The notes under the pieces are model-generated. The model had not been told where the DNA came from. It saw only the letters and a program-made list of their open reading frames with translations, and searched no databases. A stretch of 64,000 bases of DNA from Candidatus Doudnabacteria bacterium. GTDB lineage: Bacteria; Patescibacteriota; Doudnabacteria; UBA920; O2-02-FULL-48-8. Shown one piece after another: positions 19,947 to 29,846 of the stretch. Position 1 is the first letter of the stretch. The number at the start of each line of letters is the position of its first letter. The position numbers and the translations under genes are program-made. The stretch covers positions 246,366 to 310,365 of the forward strand of contig JBBCGO010000001.1 of the NCBI GenBank assembly GCA_037200925.1. Direction: 5' to 3'.

Positions 19947-22844
19947 ATGCTCAATTTAAGCAGGTTTTTATACGATACTCAAGGAAAAAACCGCATATTA
20001 AAAATAATCTCGCCGATCGCGGTGATCATCATTTCGGCAGTGCTTGTGCCTCCGATGAGCGCGCATGCCGATACTTTCACATCGCGCTGCACGGCCGCAG
20101 GAGTGGTACTCTGCAGCGGATTTGATTCCGCAGATGACATAGACAGCTTTGTTTCAGGAAATGAGGTCGGGACAACTCTCGGCGTGTTTGACCCCACGAA
20201 CCAGGCATCCGGAACAGGCTCCATGAAATTTACGATCCCGAGCCGCACCGGCGCCAATTCATCCGGCGATTATGAACGCCTGATCAATGAATCAAGCGCC
20301 GGCTACAAAACCGGCTCCGTGTTCTTCGTCCAGTTCCGCCAGCGCTTCTCGCCGGAAATGCTTTCATCTGCCATGGGCGGCAACGGCTGGAAGCAGGTGG
20401 AGATCACCACACCCTTCAGCACTTACGGCGACGCGCCCGGCATCGGGCTTTTTAACCAATCATTCGGCAACATGCCAGTGCTTTACGTCAACGGCGCAAC
20501 CTTCACGCAAACTCCCTCTGACGGCACTGCCGTTTCTTATGTCGCCAACCAGTGGATGACCTTTGCTTTTGAGATCCATGTCGGCGATTGGGGCGCGTTC
20601 AACACGACTGTGAAGGTTTGGGCAGCTCCGGAAAACCAGCCCTTAAAACAGATCTACAATGTGACCAATGCCGCTCCAGGGCAAAACCCCAGCGACCCTG
20701 ATTCCGGGTACAACAAAATAATGTTCGGCCCGAACAACACAGGCAAACTTGCAACAACTGTCCACACGCCGGCCACGACCTGGTATGACGAACTGGTAGT
20801 TTCAAACAACCAAATTGCGGATCCGTTCACACCGGCTGACACCACAGCTCCGGTGCTTGCGGAAGTAACTCCGGTCCCAACTCCGACTAGCGACAATACT
20901 CCTGACTACACTTTCTCTTCCACAGAAGCCGGGACCATTACTTATGGCGGTGATTGTACGTCTGCGACCACGGCTGCGGTGGTAGGCAACAATACTGTAA
21001 CATTCAACACACTTGCAGACGGAGTTCATATGAATTGCACCATCATGGTCACTGATGCTGCTTCAAACCAAAGCCTGCCTTTGAGCGTAAATACTTTTAC
21101 AGTGGACACAACTGTTCCGGATACAACTCCTCCCGTCATCTCGGCCGTCACTTCCACAGCGATAACCCAAACCGGCGTGACGATCAGCTGGATGACGGAT
21201 GAAAATTCAACTTCACAAGTGGATTATGGCCCAACCACGAGCTACGGCTCATCCACGGCATTGGACACATCTTTGGTCACAAGCCACAGCCAGAACATCA
21301 CAGGATTGACTGCCGGGACCATTTACCACTTCCATGTAAAATCAGCCGATGCGGCAAACAATCTTGCCACTTCTGATGATTTTAATTTCACAACTCTTGC
21401 CGCAACTGACACCACAGCTCCGGTGCTTGCGGAAGTAACAGCAGTACCAAGCCCAACCAATGACAATACTCCTGACTACACCTTCTCATCCACAGAAGCG
21501 GGTACTATCACCTACGGTGGTGATTGTTCTTCCGCTACGACATCTGCGGTTGCGGGTAACAACACCGTAACCTTCAACACACTTCCTGACGGAGTTCACT
21601 CAAACTGCACTATCGTGGTCACTGACGCATCAGGAAATGCAAGTACTGCGCTCAATGTCAGCGCCTTTACTGTGAACACGGCCACTCCCGCACCTTCTCC
21701 GCTGACAGTGACCATCAATCAGTCCGCAAAGCAGGCTGACCCAACCAAAAAATCTCCGGTCAGCTTCACAATTATTTTCTCGGAAAAAGTAAAAGGATTC
21801 AAAGCCTCGGATGTTAATTTCTCCGGCACTGCCACAGTGGGCAAGCCTTATCTGTCAGGCTACAGTGCAACTTTCAAGATCTACGTGCCTGTCAAAACCA
21901 GCGGAACTGTCATCGCTACGATTCCCGCGGGAATTGCCACTGACAAGGCCGGCAACAGCAATGCCGCTTCCACTAGCACGGACAATACGATAACTTTTGA
22001 CAACACTCCTCCGGTTATCTCAGCTGTGGCTTCATCTGCCATAACTCTGGACAGCGCCACCATCACCTGGACCACTGATGAGAATTCGGATTCTCAGGTT
22101 GACTATGGCACGACCAACTATTATGGCTTCTCTACAAAATTGGATAAAACCTTGGTGATGAGCCACAGCCAGAACCTGACCGGACTTTTGGCACTCTTAG
22201 ATAAAAATGACCGATATCACATGAGACCACAGCCAATTGCCGGAAAAACCATACACTTCCGGGTCAGGAGTAAAGATGCGCTAGGAAACCTGGCCAAATC
22301 AGCTGACTTCACATTCACCACGGTGCAGCCGGCCAATGGAGCCGCTCCGACTGTGACCATCAACCAGGCTGCGGGACAGGCTGACCCGACAAATCAATCG
22401 CCCATCAGTTTCACTATCGTATTCTCAGAACCTGTGATCGGATTCTCAGCCAAAGATGTGAAGATCTCCGGTGTTGAAGAATACGGGTATGCGTCCCTGT
22501 CCGGCACAGGCCCCACTTATACATTAAGTGTTCCTGTCAAAGACAACGGCACTGTCACTGCCTCGATCCCAGCCAATGTGGCCATTGACTCGGACGGCAA
22601 CGGCAACGTGGCCTCCACCAGTACGGACAATTCCGTAACATTCAAACGCAACAAAATATACGCGGACGGCACTGTCATCTGCGGCTCAGGCCCCACTCTT
22701 TACATGGTTTCAAATCATGGACATGACAAACTTAGCATCCCGTCCATGGCTGTATTCAACAGGCTGAAACTTTCGCTGAAGAATGTGGTCAGAGTGGATG
22801 ACAGAGACCTGTCTGATTACCACGACGGCGGGCAAGCACATTGA
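19947..22844 (+). CDS. Large secreted protein: beta-sandwich N-domain, Ig-like and Fn3-like repeats, C-terminal module
   Basis: Signal peptide; duplicated DTTAPVLAEVT, W.TDE.S.SQVDYG and VTINQ..DPT units. Confidence 0.8.
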   Translation: MLNLSRFLYDTQGKNRILKIISPIAVIIISAVLVPPMSAHADTFTSRCTAAGVVLCSGFDSADDIDSFVSGNEVGTTLGVFDPTNQASGTGSMKFTIPSRTGANSSGDYERLINESSAGYKTGSVFFVQFRQRFSPEMLSSAMGGNGWKQVEITTPFSTYGDAPGIGLFNQSFGNMPVLYVNGATFTQTPSDGTAVSYVANQWMTFAFEIHVGDWGAFNTTVKVWAAPENQPLKQIYNVTNAAPGQNPSDPDSGYNKIMFGPNNTGKLATTVHTPATTWYDELVVSNNQIADPFTPADTTAPVLAEVTPVPTPTSDNTPDYTFSSTEAGTITYGGDCTSATTAAVVGNNTVTFNTLADGVHMNCTIMVTDAASNQSLPLSVNTFTVDTTVPDTTPPVISAVTSTAITQTGVTISWMTDENSTSQVDYGPTTSYGSSTALDTSLVTSHSQNITGLTAGTIYHFHVKSADAANNLATSDDFNFTTLAATDTTAPVLAEVTAVPSPTNDNTPDYTFSSTEAGTITYGGDCSSATTSAVAGNNTVTFNTLPDGVHSNCTIVVTDASGNASTALNVSAFTVNTATPAPSPLTVTINQSAKQADPTKKSPVSFTIIFSEKVKGFKASDVNFSGTATVGKPYLSGYSATFKIYVPVKTSGTVIATIPAGIATDKAGNSNAASTSTDNTITFDNTPPVISAVASSAITLDSATITWTTDENSDSQVDYGTTNYYGFSTKLDKTLVMSHSQNLTGLLALLDKNDRYHMRPQPIAGKTIHFRVRSKDALGNLAKSADFTFTTVQPANGAAPTVTINQAAGQADPTNQSPISFTIVFSEPVIGFSAKDVKISGVEEYGYASLSGTGPTYTLSVPVKDNGTVTASIPANVAIDSDGNGNVASTSTDNSVTFKRNKIYADGTVICGSGPTLYMVSNHGHDKLSIPSMAVFNRLKLSLKNVVRVDDRDLSDYHDGGQAH

Positions 22845-22959
22845 ATTTGCGAGGAGTCCCGATTATTCGGGACGACGAAGCAATCGGCTCTCGGCAGGAT
22901 AAAGGGAGCTCCGCGGTTTAGACTGCCACGCTCCGACTAAAACGTCGGAGCTCGCAGAT
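22842..22959 (+). repeat. 118-bp palindromic (RPE/REP-like) element, copy A
   Basis: 115/118 identical to the reverse complement of 35408-35525; TGCGAG..CGACGAAGCAATC..CTCGCA architecture. Confidence 0.92.
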
Positions 22960-22962
22960 GCG

Positions 22963-23376
22963 CTAAATCGTAGATCCAAAACAACCCCCTAAATTCGGGG
23001 GTTGTTTTTTTTGGCTAAAAATATTGGGGTATGTTTCCATCAATTTTTTGAGTGAGTCGGTATCTCCAGAGATGCGCAAAACCTCGGCAAATAAACGCTG
23101 GTCTCTCAGATTGCTTTCGGAGCGCATGATCCCGTACAGTACTATCCTCGGATCAGGGCTGTCTTTGGAACTGCGCAGTTCAATTCCTGATTTTGCGGCC
23201 ATTGCTTCTACCTGCAGCACCACGGGCTTATCCGGCGTGGTCGGCTGTTTGAATTTTTCCAGGACGTTTTGATAAGCTTTTTCATCTATCTGCCCGCCTG
23301 ATTCCTTATAGCGCTCAAAGCTCTTCTCGGGGCTGTCCTCGGTTTCTTTTTCGTTTCCTTGTGATTCCCTAGCCAT
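22963..23376 (-). CDS. Hypothetical protein
   Basis: 137-aa charged ORF. Confidence 0.6.
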   Translation of the reverse strand: MARESQGNEKETEDSPEKSFERYKESGGQIDEKAYQNVLEKFKQPTTPDKPVVLQVEAMAAKSGIELRSSKDSPDPRIVLYGIMRSESNLRDQRLFAEVLRISGDTDSLKKLMETYPNIFSQKKQPPNLGGCFGSTI

Positions 23377-23430
23377 ATTTTTAACGGTTAATGCCTATCT
23401 GTATTATACACCCAAAACAAGTTTTCTTTC

Positions 23431-23452
23431 ATTCGCTCATTCGCGCGAATGA
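23431..23452. repeat. ATTCGCGCGAAT palindromic repeat, copy 3
   Basis: TCATTCGCGCGAATGA perfect palindrome at 23437-23452. Confidence 0.7.
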
Positions 23453-23589
23453 TTCCAAAAGGGCCGGTAGAGCAGCCGCTATTTTTTTCCAGCGAGGCTT
23501 AGAAAAAGTGGCGAAAGAATAAATTCAACGCCTCAGGATCACCTGAGGCGTTGAAGGTTTTAAGCAATCCTCAAAAGTTCTTTCTAAAT

Positions 23590-24132
23590 TTACTGTGCGA
23601 CAATGTTGGCGCAGGCAACATTCGCGGTCACACCCGCAGCCGATTTATCCACGCTTACCGACATCGGATTGGCCGTAAGGTCGGCCATGTTTGCGTTGAC
23701 CGTAGTATCGGATTTTCCGTTTACCGTGGAATTGAGCGTATATTTTACCGCGCCGGGGTTGGCGCAGGTACCTGAGTTAATATGCGCAGGCAAAGAGAGA
23801 TTCAGCGGCCCGCCGACCGTATTCAGTACGACATCGGTTCCATTCGGCGTTTGCGTAAACGTTACGTTGCCGGCTACTCCGGAACTATTCTGCGTCTGAA
23901 GCGGTATTGTTAAGTTTTGCGGCGCATTTGCTCCGGCCGATCCGTTGGCGCCGTTGGATCCGTTTGCCCCAGTGGCTCCGGTCGCCCCATTAGACCCGTT
24001 GGTTCCCGTACTCTGAGATTGGTTATTCTGCTCCGTGGTGGTTGTCTTCGGTCTTAGGAAAAAATACCAACAGGCGAGCAATAAGAGGATAACTAAGATG
24101 GCGATAACCCACCATTTGCTTGTATTGTTCAT
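23590..24132 (-). CDS. Membrane-anchored protein with short Gly-X-Y repeat and Cu/Zn-SOD/CHRD-like domain
   Basis: TM helix, 9 GXY triplets, PAHINSGTC ... VACANI. Confidence 0.7.
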   Translation of the reverse strand: MNNTSKWWVIAILVILLLLACWYFFLRPKTTTTEQNNQSQSTGTNGSNGATGATGANGSNGANGSAGANAPQNLTIPLQTQNSSGVAGNVTFTQTPNGTDVVLNTVGGPLNLSLPAHINSGTCANPGAVKYTLNSTVNGKSDTTVNANMADLTANPMSVSVDKSAAGVTANVACANIVAQ

Positions 24133-24184
24133 AGAATATATTTAATGATGTGAAGATCTCGACCTTTATTTAAGTGCTTGGTCA

Positions 24185-24514
24185 TTATACCAAAATACGC
24201 CAAGGATTAAAACTTACAATTTTTGACAAAAATATCAGAAGCGCTGCCTGCTCCAGGATCAGCAAACTTATGCCGAGCGGAAAATAGAATTTCCTGGTCT
24301 TGTGATGAAAAAATATCATGCCCAAAAGTACGCCCAACGAAGCGAAGAATATGGCGATAAAAAAATAATAAACTTCCGGTATGCGTTCCGTATTGTCTAC
24401 GCTGCTTTTTTTGTCTATCCCGACCAAAATAAACGCGAGCAGGTTTACCGCAGCTAATCCTCCGTAAAAAATTAATAGCCCGTTGGTCATAAAAATTTGA
24501 ATAAATCCCCGCAA
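24185..24514 (-). CDS. DUF1294 family membrane protein
   Basis: NL.AF...GIDK, RIPE, LGM..FHHKTRK; real start possibly at MTNG (24490). Confidence 0.82.
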   Translation of the reverse strand: MRGFIQIFMTNGLLIFYGGLAAVNLLAFILVGIDKKSSVDNTERIPEVYYFFIAIFFASLGVLLGMIFFHHKTRKFYFPLGISLLILEQAALLIFLSKIVSFNPWRILV

Positions 24515-24553
24515 TCCTGAACTCGTTTCAGGATCTCTTTGTCCTGGGTATTG

Positions 24554-24579
24554 CCAACTATTCTCCTATTCGCGCGAAT
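24554..24579. repeat. ATTCGCGCGAAT palindromic repeat, copy 4
   Basis: CCAACTATTCTCCTATTCGCGCGAAT, 24/26 identical to 16522-16547. Confidence 0.8.
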
Positions 24580-24601
24580 GAGTCCTACTCACCCTGAGCT
24601 T

Positions 24602-24841
24602 CTAGATATCAAACTCCTCAGGATCAAAACCCAATTCTTTAGCCGCTTCTAAAAAATCTTTTTTCTGAGGTTTTTTGATCCCTTTTTGCTTCGCATAAGT
24701 CTGGTTCAGATGAACGAGAATCCTGTCTATCTCTTCCTGGCTAAAGCCTCCTTCCATAAGCGAATTTATCCATCCGTGCATGTCTTCATCAGGAACAGAA
24801 GCGCCCACAATTTCACCTCGGTTTTCAAATCGATTTTTCAT
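24602..24841 (-). CDS. Hypothetical protein
   Basis: 79-aa ORF 6 bp downstream of the nuclease gene. Confidence 0.55.
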   Translation of the reverse strand: MKNRFENRGEIVGASVPDEDMHGWINSLMEGGFSQEEIDRILVHLNQTYAKQKGIKKPQKKDFLEAAKELGFDPEEFDI

Positions 24842-24847
24842 GAATCC

Positions 24848-25522
24848 TCATTTATTAATAAATAAATGTGCATATTTCTCTCCAAAGTGTCGATACGCAC
24901 ACCATTTACAGTCTGGGTTTTCTGGAGGAACCGGACCTTCCAGCAATTTATTTACATCTTTCATGAATTTCAGAAAGTTTTCTCTTTCCAAATCTACTTC
25001 AACCCATTTGGGTGGAAAGGTTATTATTGCCTGATTTTTTTCAAATCTAACCTGATCTGGATACATGATAACTAACCCTAATTTAGTTATTTGTTTAGAT
25101 TTTCCTTTTTCTGGAAATTCAAATGCGTAATGATAAGCCTGAAGTTGCTTCTGGTATTTAGCGCCCTTTTCTTCATCAGGAGTCGTAATTTTAAAATCGA
25201 TAACTAGGTAAGTTCCATCCTTCTGCCTTACAAGAAGATCATATTTCCCTTTAATATACGCGTTGGTTTTCGGGATCAATTTTGATTCTACATATCCTTC
25301 CTGACTTTCCACTATACCTTCAGGCAAAAGCGGTGAGAGTTCCCGAAGGTTATTTCCGACCAACTTTCCCTGAAGAAGTGCGTTCAAAGTTGAAAAAACA
25401 CCGGGAAATGGCATCGAGGGTCGCTGCATCCCGTGTTTTATTTTAAGATAATAACAACACTTACATTCTTCGTATAAGTATGCAAAATCTGAAGGGCTTA
25501 GTTTGTACTTCTTATTTTCCAT
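24848..25522 (-). CDS. PD-(D/E)XK nuclease superfamily protein (RecB/Cas4-like)
   Basis: LSPS, GKYD, IDFK, QLQAY, C-terminal CKWC. Confidence 0.85.
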   Translation of the reverse strand: MENKKYKLSPSDFAYLYEECKCCYYLKIKHGMQRPSMPFPGVFSTLNALLQGKLVGNNLRELSPLLPEGIVESQEGYVESKLIPKTNAYIKGKYDLLVRQKDGTYLVIDFKITTPDEEKGAKYQKQLQAYHYAFEFPEKGKSKQITKLGLVIMYPDQVRFEKNQAIITFPPKWVEVDLERENFLKFMKDVNKLLEGPVPPENPDCKWCAYRHFGEKYAHLFINK

Positions 25523-25540
25523 AAACCTATAAATTATCTT

Positions 25541-25558
25541 TTAATTACGTAATTAAAT
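25541..25558. promoter_or_regulatory. Palindrome TTAATTACGTAATTAA, copy 1 (putative operator or recombination site)
   Basis: 16-bp perfect palindrome; 18 bp identical to 31858-31875. Confidence 0.65.
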
Positions 25559-25667
25559 ATGTTATTTATAAATCCAGTTCGTCAATATCAATACCCGGAT
25601 CTTCCAAACGGGTTAAAGCTACCTCTGGATCGACGAGTTCATTCGCCGTTCTTTCCCTAAGTCCGTC

Positions 25668-27552
25668 TTACGCAATAGAAACATATTTTAATAATTCTTT
25701 TTTATTATTTTTTTTATCTTTTGGTTTGTATCCTACAAAATTACAAATATCAATAATCTTTACGATAAATTTATCAAATTCTTTTTTACTCATTGTTATA
25801 TTATTGCCAACCAGATTGCTAGTCTGCCATTCAGCAGACACGTTAAGTGGGGCTTGGGGTCTATGACCTTGAATATTAAAAATATCGTGATCTTTTTGTG
25901 TTATCCAGCCAGCACCAACTTCTGATACAGCGCCCCAAGATCTAGCCATATGATCACTAGTAACATAAATAACAAACATTTTTTTATCAGAATAACTATC
26001 GACAAAAAAACTACGAAGATATTCAAAAATACCTATACGGTTAGGGATACGGGAGTCCGCATTGTCCGAATTTGAATAAATAATATCCTCATCCGGAAGT
26101 CCATTAAAAGATAACATCTTATATATAACATCAGACAAGGGTTTGTCTTCTAGAGTCTGACTAATCAAAATTCTTTTTTTCTGCGAATCAACTCTTCTCT
26201 TGATACCAACAATTGGAAGAAATTTATTCATCTCATCCCGGATTATTCTCTGTATGGCTGGAATACTGCCACCAAATCTGCTAGCGATCTTGCTGGTTGC
26301 CCCACCTGACGCTGCCGTTTTGTACTCATCTACTTTTTTTCTTAATTCTTCTTCGTCTTTCTTCTCTCTTTCTTGCTTTTGCTGTTCTTTCTTCTTTTTA
26401 TTAAATTGTACCCAAACATTACGCATGTTAATTATACGAGGCAGTAATTCATCTCTCACATATTTTATTACTTCTATATATCGAAGATCATCTGTCTTAT
26501 ATCCTTGCCGGTTACTTAATGACATGTCTGGTAGCTCCGTGGCTTCGAAAAGGTCAATATGTAATTGTCCAACTATAAACACTTCTTGAAGTTTATTAGC
26601 ACCAACAACAGGTAGAATATTATATTCACCTAGTTTACCATTGGAGAGTATTGAAATAAAATTATCAGGAAAATCGTTCGAGTCTTTCTTTCTGTCTTTT
26701 GTAGTTCTGTAAGCCCCTACCCAACCTTTTATAATTACTTCATATTTTTTATCTTCGCCTTTTCTGTTGACTAAGTTCAACGGGATAGCCACGGCACTGT
26801 CTTTTTTAAGAAGACCACCTTCTATCTCATTATTTTTGCTAAATCCGGAATCAAAGTACTTAGCAAGTCCCTGATACTCTTTGCCAAAAGTAATCAAAGC
26901 ACCAAGGCCTCTAATTATCTCTTTATCAAAATTATCAATAATAATTGTATCTTTATCAGTGATAATATGAATTCTAAAATCTTTACTAACTAATGGAAAA
27001 ATTTTAAGTAAATTGTTGCGTATTGCGGTTACGGTGGCATTTAGTCCATATTGCGGATTTGTCATAACTATTGACGTGCCATTTTTCCGAATATATTTAA
27101 ATTTAATATCTTTATTAGCGATTGCTTCCAATCTATGATCTTCGCCTACGTTTCGAGAAAGAATAAAACCAGATTTTTCATTATCTTTTACAGTCATCAC
27201 TGAAACTTTTTCTGAAACTGAAAGAGCAGCTAACTTGCCAACACCTTTGCGACCCATTCTTTTACGAGTCCCGTCTTCAGTATAGACGTCTTTTTTTGTT
27301 GTGCGAGTCTCAATAGCTACATCAAGGTATTTTTTTTATATCACCATCTTCATAAGACATCCCAATACCATCATCTTCAACAATTATACGATCCTCTTTT
27401 TTTATAATGTATACATTTGAAGCCATCGCATCATATGCGTTTGCAATTAATTCAGCTAAGACATAATAAATATTAGTATAAAGACTCGGTCCCAACAATT
27501 CCAAAACTCTAGGACTTATATTGAGTTTATATTCACGGTTATTATTATTCAT
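25668..27552 (-). pseudogene. GHKL/MORC-type ATPase fused to C-terminal TIR-like domain, split by a 1-nt frameshift (ORFs 27322-27552 and 25668-27257)
   Basis: ELIANAYDA and DDGIGM in the first ORF, GRKGVGK in the second; deleting one A from the A8 run (27330-27337) gives DIKKYLDVAIETRTT..KRMGRKG, 627 aa. Confidence 0.85.
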
Positions 27553-28637
27553 ACAAGCATTCTAATATGCTCTTTAATACTCTTTCCGATAACCGATCCA
27601 AGTCTAACTGGCACAGCATTTCCTATAAACTTAGCAATATTCTTACTTACGATGGATGTTTTCTTATCCACAAACATATAATCCATAGGAAAAGTTTGAA
27701 AGAGGGCGGCCTCTCGCAGACTTATTGCTCTATCTTGGTCCGGATGGCCAAACCGGCCATTTCCAAGACCAATACATTGCGTTGTCATTGTGGGAGCAGG
27801 TTGGTCCCATTTCATCCTACCATATACGGTACTACGATAAGTTTTTCCAGATTCACTCTTATGACACTTAAGTTGCAAATCCTCACTCCAACTTTTTGAA
27901 TTACCTCCGTTGACAGGGGTTGCTTTAATTCTTCGTAAATTAATATCATTTAATTTCCTTGCTCTATGCAATGGATCTTTATTGCTAATATCCCCATCTT
28001 TTAAAGGCTCCAGGTCCGCAATCACATCACGGACAGTGACACGGTTATTTATATGGGTTCTTTTTATTAAAGAAATATTCCCAAATTTAGAAGCTAAAAG
28101 CACAAGTCTTTTTCTCCTCTGCGGGACTCCAAATTCAGAAACATCCACAACCTCGTACTTGTAATTATAATTATTTTGCTTAAGTGTTTTTACAAACTTA
28201 GCAAAAACTGGATACTTTTTCATGTTAGCAAGGCTGCTAACATTTTCCATTGAGACTATATCAGGCTGAGTTTCAGCAATAAGCCTAGCAAATTTATCTA
28301 AAGGCTCAAGCTGTTTTTTAGTTATTTTGTTCAAGTTTAATTTTGAGAATGGCTGACATGGAGCGCATCCTGCAAGTACTCGTATGGTTTGATTTTTTGG
28401 CCCGAACAATTTATCAATCTGCTGAGGAGTTACATTAATAATGTCTTGATCAATAAACTTTGTTTTATTGTTGTATTCATAGCCGAACTTACAGCTACTA
28501 TCATTGTCTATGCCTGCAACAACATCAATGCCTTCTTTAATTAGTCCGTGCGTTAAACCACCAATACCACAGAATAAATCAATAACTTTTATTCTTTTTC
28601 TTTTATTTCTTTTCATAGTTTTATTATTTGCTTTCAA
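27549..28637 (-). CDS. DNA (cytosine-5)-methyltransferase
   Basis: DLFCGIGG, APCQPFS, MENV, PQRRKR, REAALFQTFP, IGNAVP. Confidence 0.95.
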   Translation of the reverse strand: MKANNKTMKRNKRKRIKVIDLFCGIGGLTHGLIKEGIDVVAGIDNDSSCKFGYEYNNKTKFIDQDIINVTPQQIDKLFGPKNQTIRVLAGCAPCQPFSKLNLNKITKKQLEPLDKFARLIAETQPDIVSMENVSSLANMKKYPVFAKFVKTLKQNNYNYKYEVVDVSEFGVPQRRKRLVLLASKFGNISLIKRTHINNRVTVRDVIADLEPLKDGDISNKDPLHRARKLNDINLRRIKATPVNGGNSKSWSEDLQLKCHKSESGKTYRSTVYGRMKWDQPAPTMTTQCIGLGNGRFGHPDQDRAISLREAALFQTFPMDYMFVDKKTSIVSKNIAKFIGNAVPVRLGSVIGKSIKEHIRMLV

Positions 28638-28718
28638 CTATGGCTATTTCGCCTTCACTCAATCCATACAACTTATATACTTCCTGATCAATTTTACTAC
28701 AACAATCAAGCTGCAGTT

Positions 28719-29813
28719 TTATTTCCCAGATTTAGTTCTATTGTCATCTTTGCACAACATCCGACAATTTTCTGAAATTGTTCTTCCTCCTTCGTGCCAA
28801 GGTTTTATATGATCAGCTTCCATCTCGGAAATATCGAAATGTTTTTTGCAAACAGGGCAAATACCTTTTTGTTTCTCATAAGCTTCGCGCTTCATCTTTT
28901 CTGTAAACGCCCGAATTGAAAGGTATTTTTCTTGCCTCGTCAAAACATACGGATAAATACCAGACTTCTTGGTAACATCTTCGTCTTGCATTAACTCTTT
29001 AATTTCCGTTTCCAATTTAACAGAACTTAGTTTTTTATCTTTGAATTCATTATGCAGCTCGCCCCATTCCACATGAGCCATTTCGCGCCGATAATTTGGA
29101 AATGTCTTTTGCGCCCAGGAAATTACGTCCTGAAAATATTCCCACAACTTGTCAGCGCTTTTGTCTTTCTGATGTTTGCCCATGTAATCTTCAATTTTAT
29201 CATCACTGATCCAGCGGAGTGCCGTTTCCAGATACTCTTGGCGGTTCAATGCTCCACTCACATAGTCATGAGCCAGTAAATACGCCGGCGCGTTGCTCTT
29301 ACTGAAATAACGCTTGGCATCGGTTACCCAAGGCCCTGAATAAATAGCGTTCAACAATTCTTGAGGTGTAAGTTTCTCGCCAGCGGTATTGATGACCTTA
29401 AACCACGCCAGCTTTTCATCATCCGTACCTTCGCAAAAATATACCATGAGCGGATAGTCGCGGATATTCTTTTTCTCTTCTTCCGTCAAGTTATCGAAAT
29501 ACATCTGGTACCCGCGGTTCATAACGTTAAAATCCCCGGCCAAAAAGTTACAGATGCTTACAGTGCGCTGCTGGCCATCAAGGATTTCGAAACTACCACC
29601 ACTGTTTTTCACCCAGTACATCGCGTTTAGAGGAAACCCGCCCATCACCGAATTAATAACCGCGATCTGCTGTTCGGGTCTATAAATAAACTCGCGCTGG
29701 TATTTCGGGCGGATATTCAGACTGCCGCCATACCCAACGACACCCTCCTCTTCAATGTTTTTATACCCGTCAACTATTTTATGTATCGGAATTTGATGTA
29801 GTTCAATTTTCAT
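28719..29813 (-). CDS. DUF262 (ParB-like/GmrS) + HNH endonuclease
   Basis: RPKYQREFIY, LDGQQR, F..IN.AG, CPVC..MEADHI.PW.EGG.T..ENC..LC. Confidence 0.9.
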   Translation of the reverse strand: MKIELHQIPIHKIVDGYKNIEEEGVVGYGGSLNIRPKYQREFIYRPEQQIAVINSVMGGFPLNAMYWVKNSGGSFEILDGQQRTVSICNFLAGDFNVMNRGYQMYFDNLTEEEKKNIRDYPLMVYFCEGTDDEKLAWFKVINTAGEKLTPQELLNAIYSGPWVTDAKRYFSKSNAPAYLLAHDYVSGALNRQEYLETALRWISDDKIEDYMGKHQKDKSADKLWEYFQDVISWAQKTFPNYRREMAHVEWGELHNEFKDKKLSSVKLETEIKELMQDEDVTKKSGIYPYVLTRQEKYLSIRAFTEKMKREAYEKQKGICPVCKKHFDISEMEADHIKPWHEGGRTISENCRMLCKDDNRTKSGK

Positions 29814-29846
29814 ATTGGTTAAGTTATTTTATGTTTCATAAACCTA

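Noticed and set aside
24848-25522. CRISPR-associated Cas4
   Set aside because: No cas1/cas2 and no repeat-spacer array anywhere in the window; a solo PD-(D/E)XK nuclease.
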